Shown: positions 24,281 to 37,322 of the stretch, piece after piece
Numbering within the stretch: position 1 is the stretch's first letter
Layout: the number at the start of each line of letters is the position of its first letter
From: Squalus acanthias
Lineage: Eukaryota
Reading direction: 5' to 3'
NCBI GenBank assembly: GCA_030390025.1
Contig: CM059432.1
Span: 125,118,001-125,182,000, forward strand
DNA: 64,000 nucleotides
Translations under genes and position numbers: made by a program
Notes under the pieces: model-generated
The model's database searches: none
The model's input: the letters and a program-made list of their open reading frames with translations, nothing else
What the model was told of the DNA's origin: nothing

Positions 24281-24501
24281 GTCACCTGTATACTTCAGCT
24301 TGCCATGCCCCCTAATTTGGTGGTATCAGCAAACGCTGATGTTCTTGTGTCTTAATTACAAATAATTTATATAAATGAAGTCCCAGCACAGATTCCTGGG
24401 CTACATCTTGACAGTGAAAAATATTGAAGAGTTGATACGGTTTATACTATGCGATGGCTAGATTTTTATGTATATGTCACTGTCCAAAATAAAAAGATAA
24501 T

Positions 24502-25198
24502 GCCTGGAATTTGCTGTGGGTCATAGCAGTGAACTAACAGCGTTTGCTATTATAACCCATTTGAAACTGACTGAAACTTCAGGATGTTGTGCATGCGGAT
24601 CTAAACTCTGACACTGGCTGCGTTGTGAATCTCCCCCGCCCCCCAATAGCTGGCAATCAGTGTAATCCGTGAAATCAGTGAAACTGATGAAAACTTGGGC
24701 TTTTCTGCAGTAATACTGCTGTTAAATACCCTATTAAAAGTTGGGCCTTGTTGGATTAGGAGTAACTGGGGTTTTAACAGCGTATTGACTGCTAACCAAA
24801 CGTTATGGCCCTGAAGAACTAATTTTAATTTTCTCCATAATGATAAAATTACAGTTTTTAAGCAAATAAATATATTTTTTAAAAGTTTGTTATATTTATT
24901 TCAGGTTTACCTTTTCCCCATGTGAGAGCCCCAATCTTTGTTTTGCTCTGTGTAACATTTTTAAAAAGTCTGAATAAAAGCAACTTCTTCACTTCCTGGT
25001 TCCCTGTCTGAGAATTCTGCATATTGATTGGCTGCTTAGACCGCTTGTTGACATCGCAGCAGCTCGCACTAGGGATTCCCCACTAGTCTACACTGATCTC
25101 ACTTGCGCGTCGAGAAAGGCAAACTTCTCGCCACAGAGATTGCAAGATCTTTGTGGGCAGCTTTCTTCAGGGCCCGCAGCGAACACAAATTCCAGGCC
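24502..25198. mobile_element. Non-autonomous TIR element (Harbinger-type MITE)
   Basis: Termini GCCTGGAATTTG ... CAAATTCCAGGC; no coding capacity. Confidence 0.6.
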
Positions 25199-25479
25199 CC
25201 GATCATAGCATATAAGATCCTGCATCAATGTGACATAGTTATTGTAACTGAAAAAGGCAGTTACTTTTTGAAAAAAAATCCAAACTTAATTAATGTTTGT
25301 ATGATCCAAACAGACAAATGTGCAGAACAATATTAGTTGAAATCTTCGATAGGGTTTAGGAACTGCAGTGCAGCAGAAGTTATATTTTATGTGATATGTA
25401 ACCTCGTGGTTTATTTGCAGTCTTTAAAAAAAAAAAATTGCCACAGTCATTTAGTTCCTGAAATCTATGATTTATCAAT

Positions 25480-26206
25480 GACTCGGATTTTGCGGTAAAA
25501 GTAACGGTGAGGCTAACGGCGCTCACTGTTATTAAAGGGTAAATCGGACAGCAACTTCTGGTGACCGCACACGCACAATTAAACATGGAAATCAGGAAGT
25601 TGCCCTGCTATTCCAGAAGCTTCGCTATACCGAGAGACTTGGCAGTGAAACACATGAAACGGCATGCGTGATACATACCCACTAAACACGGCAGAAAAAT
25701 TTAGGGCTTGTCCATTTCAGTGTAAGTAAATTTTTAATGGCATGATAAGCCTTAATTACTGTCAAACAACCTCTCTAGCACTGAAAATTAACTTTTACAA
25801 GTGTGGACTGTCATTCCAGATTGTAATTATTGTTGGAGATTTCTAAAAACAAATAAAAGTAAATAATTTTTTTAACTTTTTCTTTCTGTCTCTTTTATCT
25901 TCCTCTCTTAATCCCATCTTTTTTTCCCTCTCTTTATTTCGCTTTCTCATTTGGCATTGAATGAACTATTCTAACTGACATTTCCTGGTTCAGACTCTGC
26001 GCTGCTCATTAAGAATTCTTTAATGATTGGTTAAGGAGATACACAGTTGCTTGCCCTGTTCACACAGGTCCCAGATCCCTTGTAGAGGGTGCCATGGTGA
26101 AAAGGATTTCTAATCACTGCAAAAGCCCATAGCAAGTCTGTGAGCAAGTGTAAGTGTAATGAACGGCTAGCGCCGTGGGTTCGCCGCTGAGAGCAAAATC
26201 CAGGCC
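25480..26206. mobile_element. Non-autonomous TIR element related to 24502-25198
   Basis: Termini GACTCGGATTTTGC ... GCAAAATCCAGGCC; short internal motifs shared with the neighbouring element. Confidence 0.5.
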
Positions 26207-26344
26207 ATTGTATACAATTCAGCCCCTCGTGTTGAATATAAGTAACTGCATTGTCCCCCATTTATAATATATTAAAAACCTTACATCACAAAAGTATGAC
26301 AACAGGAAGCACTTCCTGTCTTTAAAAAAAAAAATTAATTCTTT

Positions 26345-27660
26345 TATAGAGTCATAGAGTTATACAGCACAGAAAGAGGCCCTTCGGTCCATCGTGTCTG
26401 CGCCGGCCGTCAAGCCCTGTCTATTTTAATCCCATTTTCCAGCACTTGGTCCATAGCCTTGTATGCTATGGCATTTCAAATGCTCATCTAAATGCTTCTT
26501 GAATGTTGTGAGGGTTCCTGCCTCTACCACCCTTTCAGGCAGTGAGTTCCAGATTCCAACCACCCTCTGGGTGAAAAAGTTTTTCCTCAAATCCTCTCTA
26601 AACCTCCTGCCCCTTACCTTGAAACTATGCCCCCTGGTTATTGACTCCTCTACTAAGGGGAAAAGTTCCTTTCTATCTACCCTATCTATGCCCCTCATAA
26701 TTTTGTACACCTCAATCAGGTCCCCCCTCAGCCTTCTCTGCTCTAAGGAAAACAACCCCAGCCTGTCCAGTCTCTCTTCATAGCTGAAGCACTGCAGCCC
26801 AGGTAACATCCTGGTGAATCTCCTCTGCACCCTCTCCAATGCAATCACATCCTTCCTATAGTGTGGCGACCAGAACTGCACACAGTATTCCAGCTGTGGC
26901 CTAACTAGCGTTTTGTACAGCTCCATCATAACCTCCCTGCTCTTATATTCTATGCCTCGGCTAATGAAGGCAAGTATCCCATATGCCTTTTTAACCACCT
27001 TATCTACCTGTCCTGCTGCCTTCAGGGATCTATGTACATGCACACCAAGGTCTCTCTGATCCTCTGTCCTTCCTAGGGTCCTACCATTCATTGTGTATTC
27101 CCTTGCCTTGTTAGTCCTCCCAAAATGCATCACATCACACTTTTCAGGGTTAAATTCCCTTTTTTTCCTAATCCATTCTTGTATATCCCTTGACATCCAG
27201 GGTTCCCTGGGCTTGTTGGTCCCACCCTTGACCTTTACGGGAACATGCTGCTGTTGTACTCTATTTCCTTTCTGAAAGACTCCCACTGCTCTGATGTGGA
27301 TTTTCCTGCAAGTAGCTGATCCCAGTCCACTTTGGCCAGATCCTGCCTTATCATATTAAAATCGGCCTTACCCCAATTTAGAATCTTTATCTCCGGTCCA
27401 TCTTTGTCCTTTTCCATGACTACCTTAAATCTCTCCGAATTCTGGTCACTGTCACCAAAATGGTCTCCTACTAACACTTCTACCACTTGCCCGGCTACAT
27501 TCCCTAGAATTAGGTCCAGTACCGCCCCCTCTCTTGTAGGACTTTCTACATGCTGGCTCAAAAAGCTCTCCTGGATGCACTTTAAGAATTCTGCACCCTC
27601 TAAGCCTTTCACACTCTGACTATCCCAGTTAATATTGGGGAAGTTGAAATCCCCTACACT
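26345..27660 (-). mobile_element. CR1 LINE with large internal deletion (APE C-terminal part joined to post-RT tail)
   Basis: ORFs 27235-27726 (VGDFNFPNINW...LDLILGN...HFGDSD) and 26426-27286 (...PWMSRDIQEWIRKKR|EFNPEKCDVMHFG...); RT core absent. Confidence 0.88.
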
Positions 27661-29269
27661 GAAAATTACACCTCTGCGTTGATTACACGAGAGTAAATAC
27701 TTTGGGTCTAGCACCTGAGATAACATTTTCTTTCAAAATCACGCAGTTAATCAGGCTGTGCAACTTCAATGCTATACTTAATTTATTTCCTGATATTTAG
27801 AAAAGCAATAACATTCTTGGCCATTTCTTTAATAGTTAAGTGGTTGGCAAACCACTTGAGAAGTGCAAAATGAGTGTTATTGCAGGTGAGTCCTGATTGG
27901 CCAGATTTTTGCTGGTAAGGCTGAAGAAATCTTATGGTGTAGACCAAACTCACCCAGCAGAAACTGAAGTTAGCATTTAGCATTTGTATAAGTTATCATT
28001 TAAAATAAAAGTGGCAAGATTAACATCCTGATTTCTAAAATTTTAAATTGACAGTCAAATTTCAACAGAACAGCATTTCAAAATATTTGTGGGGGGTTTT
28101 ACTCTCACATCGACCGCACACGAAGTCAGTCACTGTGGCATCAGAAGAGAATTCAGGAAAAATACTATCAGCTTTATCATTCGGATATCGCAGCGCTAAG
28201 AACTATGCATTTAAGGGGAAGCTAGATAAGTACATGAGAGAGAAACGAATAGAAGGATATCCTGATAGGGTTAGATGAAGTAGGGTGGCAGGAGGCTCGT
28301 GTGGAGCATAAACACCAGCACAGACCCGTTGGACCGAATGGCCTGTTCTGTGCTGTAAATTCTATGTAACAATAGTTTGACCTTTCCTAAATGCCTGCCA
28401 TTTAAGCCATCAGCAGTCTCTTCAAGAGCATCTTTGCCTCCTTTTTCCAAGAGTAAATTTAAATGCTTCTCTACAACTTTAAAATTCTCTTTCTTGAAAT
28501 TAACATTTTCCTATGACATTATATTACAAGTGAATTTTTTGATATACAAGATTTTAACTGACAACTTATTCTTTATCAACAGAGGGACTGTTGAATGAAT
28601 AAAAACCTCATTAAATTCACCAGACATACACTTGTGTTGTGTGAAGTCTATAATAAGCAAGATTAAATATGCTTTATCTACCATAATTACAACATTACCA
28701 GAATAATGTTGCCTTTTAGTCAATACTGGTTGTTGCATATTTGGTAAAGTTGTGAGTAAACTCAATAAATTAATGCATATTTGCTGCACTGGTGAAGTGC
28801 TTGTTTCTTCCACATACAAAGGGGCTCTTCTGCGGCTGCGAGCCAATTTCCATTAAAATGGATAGGGCATATTCTGGTAAGCAGTTCACTCTGGGTAGGG
28901 ACATCTGCCATTCGGGCCCAGAATCACAGAATGGATCCTATTTAGATTGGGCCAGTGAGAATCTCGTTTGGAACAATACCAATGTAACTTCTCAGGAAGT
29001 GCGGCAGGATGGGGGCGAACAGCAGAGTGGCTGCAAGCAGCGGTGCTCTGAATTATCCGTATGCGCGAACTGCCCATACAACAAACTTTTCTCCTGGGTT
29101 GCCAGCAGCAACACCTGGGAAACGAATAGTCGATTCCGGGAGACTCCTGAACAAAGCGGGAGGTTTGGTAACCCTAGGCAAGCCCAGAATGAGAAGAATG
29201 CCCAATCCCAGCTCACTTTAATAGCAGCCTTCCAGTATTGATGCACTGGATACATAATCCATGTAGATT

Positions 29270-30330
29270 TACATAGGAACGGAAGTAGGCCATTTAGGCC
29301 CTTGAGCCTATTCTGCCATTCAGTACCTCAACCCCATTTACCTACCATTGCTCCATATCCCTTGACATCCTTATCCAACAAAAATTATCGATCGTGGTCT
29401 GAAAATTTCAATTGGCCCAGTATCCACAACATTTTGGGGGGGAGAGTTCTAGACTTTTACCTTTTATGTGAAAAAGTGCTTCCTGATTTTACTCCTAAAT
29501 GGCCTAGCTCTAATTTTAAGATTATGCCCTTTTGTGCTGGATTTCCCACCAGTTTCTCTGTGTCTACCCTATTGAATCCCTTTATCATTTTAAACACCTC
29601 AATTAGAGCACCTTCTAAACTCAAGGGAATACAAACCAAGTTTATGCAATCTGCCCTCATAATTTAACCCTTTAAGCTATAATATAATTCCGGTGAATCT
29701 GTGCTGTACCCACTCCAAGGCCAATATATCCTTCCTAAGGTTTGGTGCCCAAAACTGAACGCAGTGCTCAAGATAGGGTCAACCATGGTTCTGTACAACT
29801 GAAGCATCACTTCCTCACTTTTAAGTTCAAACCCCCTTGAGATAAAGGCCAACATTCCATTAGCCTTTTTGATTTTTTTTTGTACCTGTGCACTAGCTTT
29901 TAGTGATTTTGTACATGGACACCTAAACCCCTTTGTGTCTCCACAGCTCCTAGTCTCTCACCGTTAAGAAAACATTATGATTTAATTTGTCTTTTCTCGG
30001 ATCCAAAGTGGATAACCTCACACTTCCCTACATTGAACTCCATCTGCCATAGTTTTGCCCACTCACATAGTCTATGTCCCTTTGTAGCTTCCAGCTCCCA
30101 TCTACAGTACTTACTATGCCTCCTAATTTAGTATCATCTGCAAACTTGAATATACAGCTTTCTATTCCTTCAGGCAAGTCATCGAGATATATATGGTGAA
30201 AAGCTGAGGCCCCAGTACAGATCTCTCTGGAACACCACTGGTCACATCCTGCCAATTGAGAACGGACCCTTTATCCTCATTCTCTCTCTCGTACCTCCCA
30301 ACCAGTTTCCTACAGCTGATAGACCTGTAA
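29270..30330 (-). mobile_element. Decayed CR1 3' fragment
   Basis: ORFs containing [28 protein letters not shown] and MLAFISRG. Confidence 0.85.
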
Positions 30331-30383
30331 TTGCGGATCTTCAAGAACTGTGTTTTGACCTGCATGGATGTTAACATTTTATC

Positions 30384-30384
<1 letters not shown>

Positions 30385-30415
<31 letters not shown>
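30385..30415. repeat. (CT)n microsatellite
   Basis: Directly visible. Confidence 0.9.
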
Positions 30416-31793
30416 ATTCACTAAGTCTCTCTCGCACACATGCACATCCGAGTTTTAAAGGAGTGGTGTATTTTTTTGATATTGAAAATCTACTACCAAG
30501 TTTACAAATAAAAATGTTTTTTTTTAAGTGAAGTAGCATTCCTGCCAGGGCTTGAGTCTTCTCTTTAGATAAAGAGTGGGAACAGTGGCTTCATTTCATA
30601 CACATTTTGTAGGAATAGTTATAATAATCTCTTTTACTTCTACTGTTGTATTGTTCGTGGCCTGAAAATAGCTTATCAGTAATAATTTTACCAAAAACTG
30701 TTGGTTTGTAAAATCTTGCAGTGTTTGGATAAGTCCGTGAATCTCACTATAATAGGAGTGTAATAATACAATACAAAATATTACATTTTTTGTTATTTGA
30801 AGAGGCTCCCTGGATCAGTACTTGAAATTTAAGGTATTCAAAGAAAGTCATAACTCAAGTATTTGAAGAGGTCTCACAAGGAATATATTATAGTTGTGAT
30901 TCTTTGCGATTGTGCAAGTTGGATGACCAGAGGCACTCTTAAGTTCTATAGCAGGGGTGTTCAAACTATAGCCTGTGATCCAGATCCAGCCTATAAGCTT
31001 CAGCTATCCAGCCCCTGTACATGAAGCTGTTAGCTGCTCCCCATTATCAGTGCATTTCCAGGCTGAACTCACCCCCAACTCCTCACTGTTTCCCTTAGTG
31101 CCACTGCTGATTCCTATCTCTCCTGCTACTCCACCAAGTGATTGAACACGATTGCACACTATGGCAGGAGTTCTCACAATGTCATGAATTCTTGACCGTA
31201 GTGTGTAGCAGCATTGGAACAGCACCAGCAGAAAGTAGAAAGTGGCTGAGAGGAGGAAGAATCGGGAACTTTACTGAGAATAGGAGAGTTCCAGTATAAA
31301 ATTGAAGGGCAAGTGGAGACAAACGTACCAGCAGGAAAACACTATGAAATTGGAGAGGAGCAACAGTGGCAGCATGAAATTGGAAGGAGGAATAAATGCA
31401 AAAGCTTCAAAAGGATATAAAAAGGATACAAAACCATTGATCATCCTAAGCAGTTTCCCAGCGTTATTAGTGTACAGCTTTTATATGGAACCCGTAAGTA
31501 ACTGAGTGCTTCACAAAGAGAAAAGGTTGGGATGCCCCTGTTCTTTAGGTTTTGTTTTTAAAAATGAATCTGAGAGAGCACATAAGTGCTAAGCTAAAGT
31601 ATTTTAAGTATGTATCACTTCTCATTTAGTTTCAACAAACCATCTGTTCACTTTTTCGTGACCTGCAATTGTGACCACAAATGCACTTCCATTATGTAAA
31701 CTTTCAAAGAATTGCACAAAATAAAAACAGTAAATTTGGTGTTCATAGGGTAACAAAAGATGGATAAATGACTTTCTGGCATTCTTTCCAGCC

Positions 31794-31933
31794 ATGAGCA
31801 CAGAACCAGTTTGCCCTTTGTGGAGCCATGGAACCACCAAGACATACAAACTTCCAATTGAACACTTGGACTACAGCTTCATAGAGAAGTGCACCGATGT
31901 GAAGTATCTGGAAAAAATTTTGATAGTGCTAAG
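31794..31933 (+). CDS. SPAG1: Sperm-associated antigen 1 (TPR co-chaperone, dynein assembly factor), coding exon 1: MSTEPVCPLWSHGTTKTYKLPIEHLDYSFIEKCTDVKYLEKILIVLR
   Basis: Acceptor TTCCAG ending 31791, CCATG, GT at 31934; matches the SPAG1 N-terminus (GTTKTFKIPIEHLDFKYIEKC in human, from memory). Confidence 0.95.
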
Positions 31934-32458
31934 GTACACACATTATAAATATCTCACTTCTGTGACCTGATGCACAATGTTGCCAGTTATGTATTAATTG
32001 ACATTTCCAAGAAATGAAAGACGATTCCAGATTTCAAAATAAATTTTCTTTAGAAAATCTTTCCAGATATTATTCAATAAATTTATAAAGATGGATATTA
32101 TCAAGCAAATTTAGTGCAGAAACCAAAAAAAGTCTTTTTCTAAAACAATGGTGTATTATATTACAGAAACATGGTTGCAGTTTTCAGGAATTTAATTAAA
32201 GTTACTACAATATGATACTAAGTTTTCTTGGTTTCAGTTGAAATGATAAAGATTTAATCCACAGTGCAATATGCTGCTAAATCTACAAAGCCTTTTGTGT
32301 ATTGAAAATATTGAATGTTTTCATTTGTTGTCTCGTGCATCTTCAATTGCAAATCAATGAACCTATCACATTTGGTATCATAGATGCAAAATACTGTTTT
32401 CTTTTAAAAGAAAAATGGACACTCCAAGCTAGGCTATCAGGAGTCCCAGGAACTCTTT

Positions 32459-33135
32459 GGGCTGGATTTTGATACTGGGGCGGGTTGGGGCGGGTTGGGG
32501 TCGTGTCATCCGCATTTCGTGTTATCCACTCGACTGCAATTGGATGTGGGAGATTGATGCAATTTTCACCTAATTGGGCAATTGAGTTCCAGCATGTGGG
32601 AATCCATGAACCAATTAGTGTTTTCAGTCTGAAAGTCGCCTCTGATGATGTCATCATTGCTGCTGCATTGAAGGTCTTCAAACACTGCCTGGCCTTTGCT
32701 GTGAGAGGACCTGCAGATTGAGCAGCAGCAGTCCTAAGTCTGTTCCCAGATATTTTTACACCACCACTCCCAGATATGTCTCCTCTCCATCCATATATAC
32801 ATCCATCCCCATAGCCAGCCAGCCCGCCCCAAATCCAAATCCAAATGTGCTCCCGCCAGGTTTCACAATCGTGGTTCAGAACAGGCGTGCTTCACGTATA
32901 ACAAGGATTAAAATCACAAAGGCCTTTCAAAATGGCATTATAGAGCCAATTTAGTGCTTGTTAAGGGCCTTAACAACCTATCCCGCCTCTTAAAGGCGGG
33001 ACGGAGTCGGGACCAGCAGACACGATTTAATGAAAATTGCGTGGAGGCGGACTTGTGCCCACCTGCCAGTTTTCGCAATTTTAACCCCCCACACGCCTCC
33101 AAACCCGCCTCCACGGGTCAATGAAAATCCAGCCC
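32459..33135. mobile_element. Non-autonomous Harbinger-type TIR element
   Basis: Perfect 12-bp TIR GGGCTGGATTTT / AAAATCCAGCCC, flanked by TTT on both sides (3-bp TSD). Confidence 0.8.
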
Positions 33136-33828
33136 TTTAACTTTCAAGTAGTATTAGTATCTAGCATTCTTCACTTTCAGCCATTACAACACACTTGCAC
33201 TCAAAACTGTCAGGTCAATTGTTTATCATTCTAGGCAATACTTGTATAATAGATATCATTTGGAGAAAGATATGAATAAAGATTTAAATACTGGAATGAT
33301 GGAATTGATAGACCAACATGGTTAGAAAGAGATTTTAATTTTAATTTTTAAAAGATTTTACTTTTATGGATTTTATGACACTAACTTGATGTCGTGCTGT
33401 GAAAAGTAATTAGTATCTTGAGAGAAAATGCAACTGAGTAGTCTAAATCCAGTCAGGCTCCTGTTTCATGGGAAGCTGTATAAACATAGTTCTATTTGGT
33501 TTTATCTTTCCTATAATGGTACCTGTGCAATTTGCACAGTAATTTACTGTTTCATTTTATTTAGGCTTGCATGAATAAAGAATTCTAATTTTCCTTATTT
33601 TCATTACATATCAAGAAGGTTTGATTGTTTGTATATGATTGTAGAATTTGTTAAGTAATTTATCACAATTTCCTATCACTTGTGGATCATTTTCCACATT
33701 CCATGGATAATCAGTTGATAATTTTATTTTGTCTTTGTCTCTTATGTACTAACATGATTTTGTAGTAGTCAGTTTAGTTTCTGTTCAGGCCATCACTATT
33801 ACTACTACCTTTGTGTACAATGTTCAAG

Positions 33829-33988
33829 GTCAGGCGAGGAGGGATATTATCCTGATCTTATAACATTTTGTGAGAAGATGATTCTAAAGCTGGATCCTAA
33901 AAGTCGAGCCCTTCGTAAAAACAACCCACCAGCAACTGCTGCTAGCTTCACTAAAGAAGAATGGCAAGAAATTACCAGTGATCTCAAG
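33829..33988 (+). CDS. SPAG1: SPAG1 coding exon 2: SGEEGYYPDLITFCEK...SRALRKNNPPATAASFTKEEWQEITSDLK
   Basis: AG/GT bounded, 160 nt, phase-compatible; conserved SGEEGYYP and ATAASFT motifs. Confidence 0.95.
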
Positions 33989-34446
33989 GTATACACTGTC
34001 TTTAAATGAATAGCAAATAAACATTTCATAGAGGCTGGATGTGTAACTAAAAACACTCTTACTAGAATTTAACAAAAATTGTTTACTGTGATCACTTTGC
34101 TGGCGAGTGAAATCAGTTGGTTTGTGTGGTCGCTTTCAAAAGAACCATTTTTTTTTTCTCCTTGTATAAAGCTCTTGTTTAGTGTGTTTGCCTTGGACCT
34201 CAAAAATGTGGAATTCCTTACCACCCTCCAGCTTCTGCAATCTACAGGCTCGTATTTGCCTAATCATTACTGATTTACTTTATCTTCCACCCTACTCTTT
34301 TCAACGTTCGTGGTGTCCTGTACTGTGGAGCTTTATCCTTTACCTACATTTAACATTTTTTAGAAATGGGTTAGTGGTGTAAACAGCCATCACACAACTT
34401 ACACCTGTGCATATACTTTTTGTATATGGAAGACAAAATCAAGATA

Positions 34447-35840
34447 TTATAGAATAATAGAATAGTGCAGCACAGAAGGAGGCCATTCGGCCCCCCATTG
34501 AGTCGCGCCGGTTCTTTTCGAAGAGTAATCCAGTTAGTCCCACTCCCCCGCTCTTTCCCCATATCCCTGCAATTTTTTCTCCTTCAAGTATTTATTTAAT
34601 TATCTTCAGAAGGCTACTATTGAATCTGTATCCACCACCCTATCAGGCAGTGCATTTCAAATCCTAACCACTCGTTGCGTAAAAAAGTTTATCCTCATGT
34701 CGCCTCTGGTTCTTTTGCAATCACCTTAAATCTGTTCCCTCTCATTATCGACCCTTCAGCCAATGGAAACAGTTTCTCTTTATTTACTTTATCTAAATCC
34801 TTCATGATTTTAAACACCTCTATCAAGTCTCCTCTTAGACTTCTCTGCTCCAAGGAGAACAACCCCAGCTTCTCCAGTATATCCCTGTAACTGTAATCCC
34901 TCATCCCTGGAACCATTCTAGTAAATCTCTTCTGCACCCTCTCTAAGGCCTTCACATCCTTCCTAAAGTGTAGTGCCCAGAATTGGACACAATACTCCAG
35001 CTGGAGCCGAACTAGTGTTTTATATACGTTTAGCCTAACTTCCTGGCTTTTGTACTCTCTACATCTATTTCTAAAGCCCAGGATCCCATATACTTTATTA
35101 ACTGCTTTGTTAACCTGTCCTGCCACCTTCAAAGATTTGTGCACAAACACCCCCAGGTCTCTCTGTTCTTGTACCCCTTTAAAATTATACCACGTGGTGT
35201 GCATTATCTCCCCTCATTCTTCCTACCAAAATGTATCACCTCACACTTTTCTGTGTTGAATTTCGTCTGCCATGTGTCCGCCCATTCCACCAGCCTGTCT
35301 ATTTTCTTGAAGTCTATTAACTATCTTCCTCACTGTTTACTACACTTCCAAGTTTCGTGTCATCTACAAATATCGAAATTGTGCCCTGTAGCCTCAAGTC
35401 CAAGTCATTAATATATATCAAAAACAGCAATGGTCCTAGTACTGAACCTTGGGGAACTTCACTGTGTACCTCCCTTCAGTCCGAAAAACAGCCATTTACT
35501 ACAACTCTCTGTTTTCTATCCCTTAGCCAGTTTTGTATCCATGTTACTACTGCCCCTTTTATCCCATGGGCTTGGGCTTCAATTTAGCTAACAAGCCTAG
35601 TATATGGTACTTTACCAAACGCCTGTTGAAAGTCCATATACACAACATCAACTGCACTGCCCTCATCCACCTTCTGTTACCTCATCAAAAAACTCAATCA
35701 AGTTAGTCAAACACGATTTGCCCTTAACAAATCTGTGCTGGCTCTCCTTTATTAGTTCATGCTTGTCCAAGTGGCTGTTAATTTTCTCCCGGATTATTGT
35801 TTCTAAAAGCTTCCCCACCACCAACATTAAACTGACTGAC
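34447..35840 (-). mobile_element. CR1 LINE RT and 3' fragment
   Basis: ORFs 35663-35860 (SQHRFVKGKSCLTNLIEFF) and 34695-35204 (LEYCVQFW...RGDLIEVFKI). Confidence 0.9.
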
Positions 35841-36839
35841 TCTACTTCTTTAGTAAACAAGTTCTTAAAATACAGGCAAAGTAAGTATTTGAATTTATGG
35901 TTTACTTATGAATACTTAAAACCTCCTGTCTTGGTTACAAAATAACTATTATTACTGTTGCTAGTGTTATCTGAGATGATCACACTTTAGTAGCTTCTTC
36001 TGTACAGTATTAAATTTATATGAATTGGCACCCATGATGAGCAAGATATATTTAACAATGCCACATCTACTGTCAGTTATGTCCTTACGCAATTATTTGT
36101 TAGGACTTGAAGAGCATAGTTGCCACAGGGTAAGTTTATTGGACCCCTGAATAAAATACCTGAGTTTGAATAGATGTTGGTTAATCTATTTAGGGAATTG
36201 CTAGCCTTTTTAGGGTTACTGTCAGAGGGGGAAAAAAGCCCTTCCTGATCGACGGGAGGGAGGGTGGTGGTGTACCACAGATGAAACAAGAAAACACGCT
36301 GGCCCCAGTCCTAGAGATAGCTGTAAACTGATTAGCATCCCCTCCTAACCAAGAAGGATCACAAAGGATTAGGAGACAACTGTGGTGGAAAACATAAGAG
36401 AGGTATATTTTTAGTGATCAATAGAATAAAACAGTGCTACTAATCACCCCAATGTAGCTTTTATGAACAAATATTACTCAGATGGATCTCGAGAGATTTT
36501 TCAAAGCAAGTTGCTAAAGTGTCTGTGTTGGGAAGCAGGGAGCTGGTTGAGAGTACAGGCTTTACCAGAGACAAAATACTCAGCCCCACCAACTACCATA
36601 GGGCTTTTTAAACAGTTTACAGTACTGCATTCACTGGGAATTTAAACAGAGCAATGTTGTGCTTACATGTACTTTAACCGGAGGAGCGCTAAACTATCAA
36701 AGCACCAACACAGCCTTCAGCTGTATATTTAATTCTCTTTCATCAAAAATCTCAAATGTAATTGTTTGAATGTATCATAGGAACAATAGTCGGCAATTCA
36801 GCCCCTCGAGCCCGTTCTGCCATTCAGTTAGATTATAGC

Positions 36840-37322
36840 GTCAGCCGTGGCTCAGTGGGTAGCACACTCGCCTTCGAGTCAGAAGGTTGTGGGTTCAAGT
36901 CCCACTCCAGGGACTTGCGCACATAAAGCTAGGCTGACACTCCAGTGCAGTGCTGAGGGAGTGCTGCACCGTCGGAAGTGCTGCACCGTCAGAGGTGCCG
37001 TCTTTCGGATGAGACGTTAAACCGAGACCCCGTCTGCTCTCTCAGGTGGACGTAAAAGATCCCATGGCACTATTTTGATGAAGAGTAGGGGAGTTATCCC
37101 CGGTGTCCTGGCCAATATTTCTCCCTCAACCAACATAAGAAAACAAAACAGATTATCTGGTCATTTTCACATTGCTGTTTGTGGAGCTTGCTGTGTGCCA
37201 ATTGGCTGCCGCATTTCCCACATTACAACAGTGACTCCACTTCAAAAAGTACTTCATTGGCTGTAAAGCGCTTTGAGACGTCCAGTGGTCGTGAAAGGCG
37301 CTATATAAATGCAAGTCTTTCT
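36840..37322 (+). mobile_element. Full-length tRNA-derived Deu-domain SINE (SacSINE1/AmnSINE1-like), inserted in a minus-strand CR1 3' fragment (~36775-37875)
   Basis: A box TGGCTCAGTGGGT, B box GGTTCAAGTCC, Deu-like core (GGTGCCGTCTTTCGGATGAGACGTTAAACCGAG...GATTATCTGGTCATT...), L2-like tail GCGCTATATAAATGCAAGT; flanking TTAT(A/G)GC repeat. Family recognised from memory. Confidence 0.8.

Noticed and set aside
36100..36420. Possible LTR or other repeat fragment
   Set aside because: No partner LTR, TSD or coding sequence that I can identify
36840..36910. tRNA gene
   Set aside because: The A/B boxes belong to a SINE head that continues into a repeated body; no complete cloverleaf
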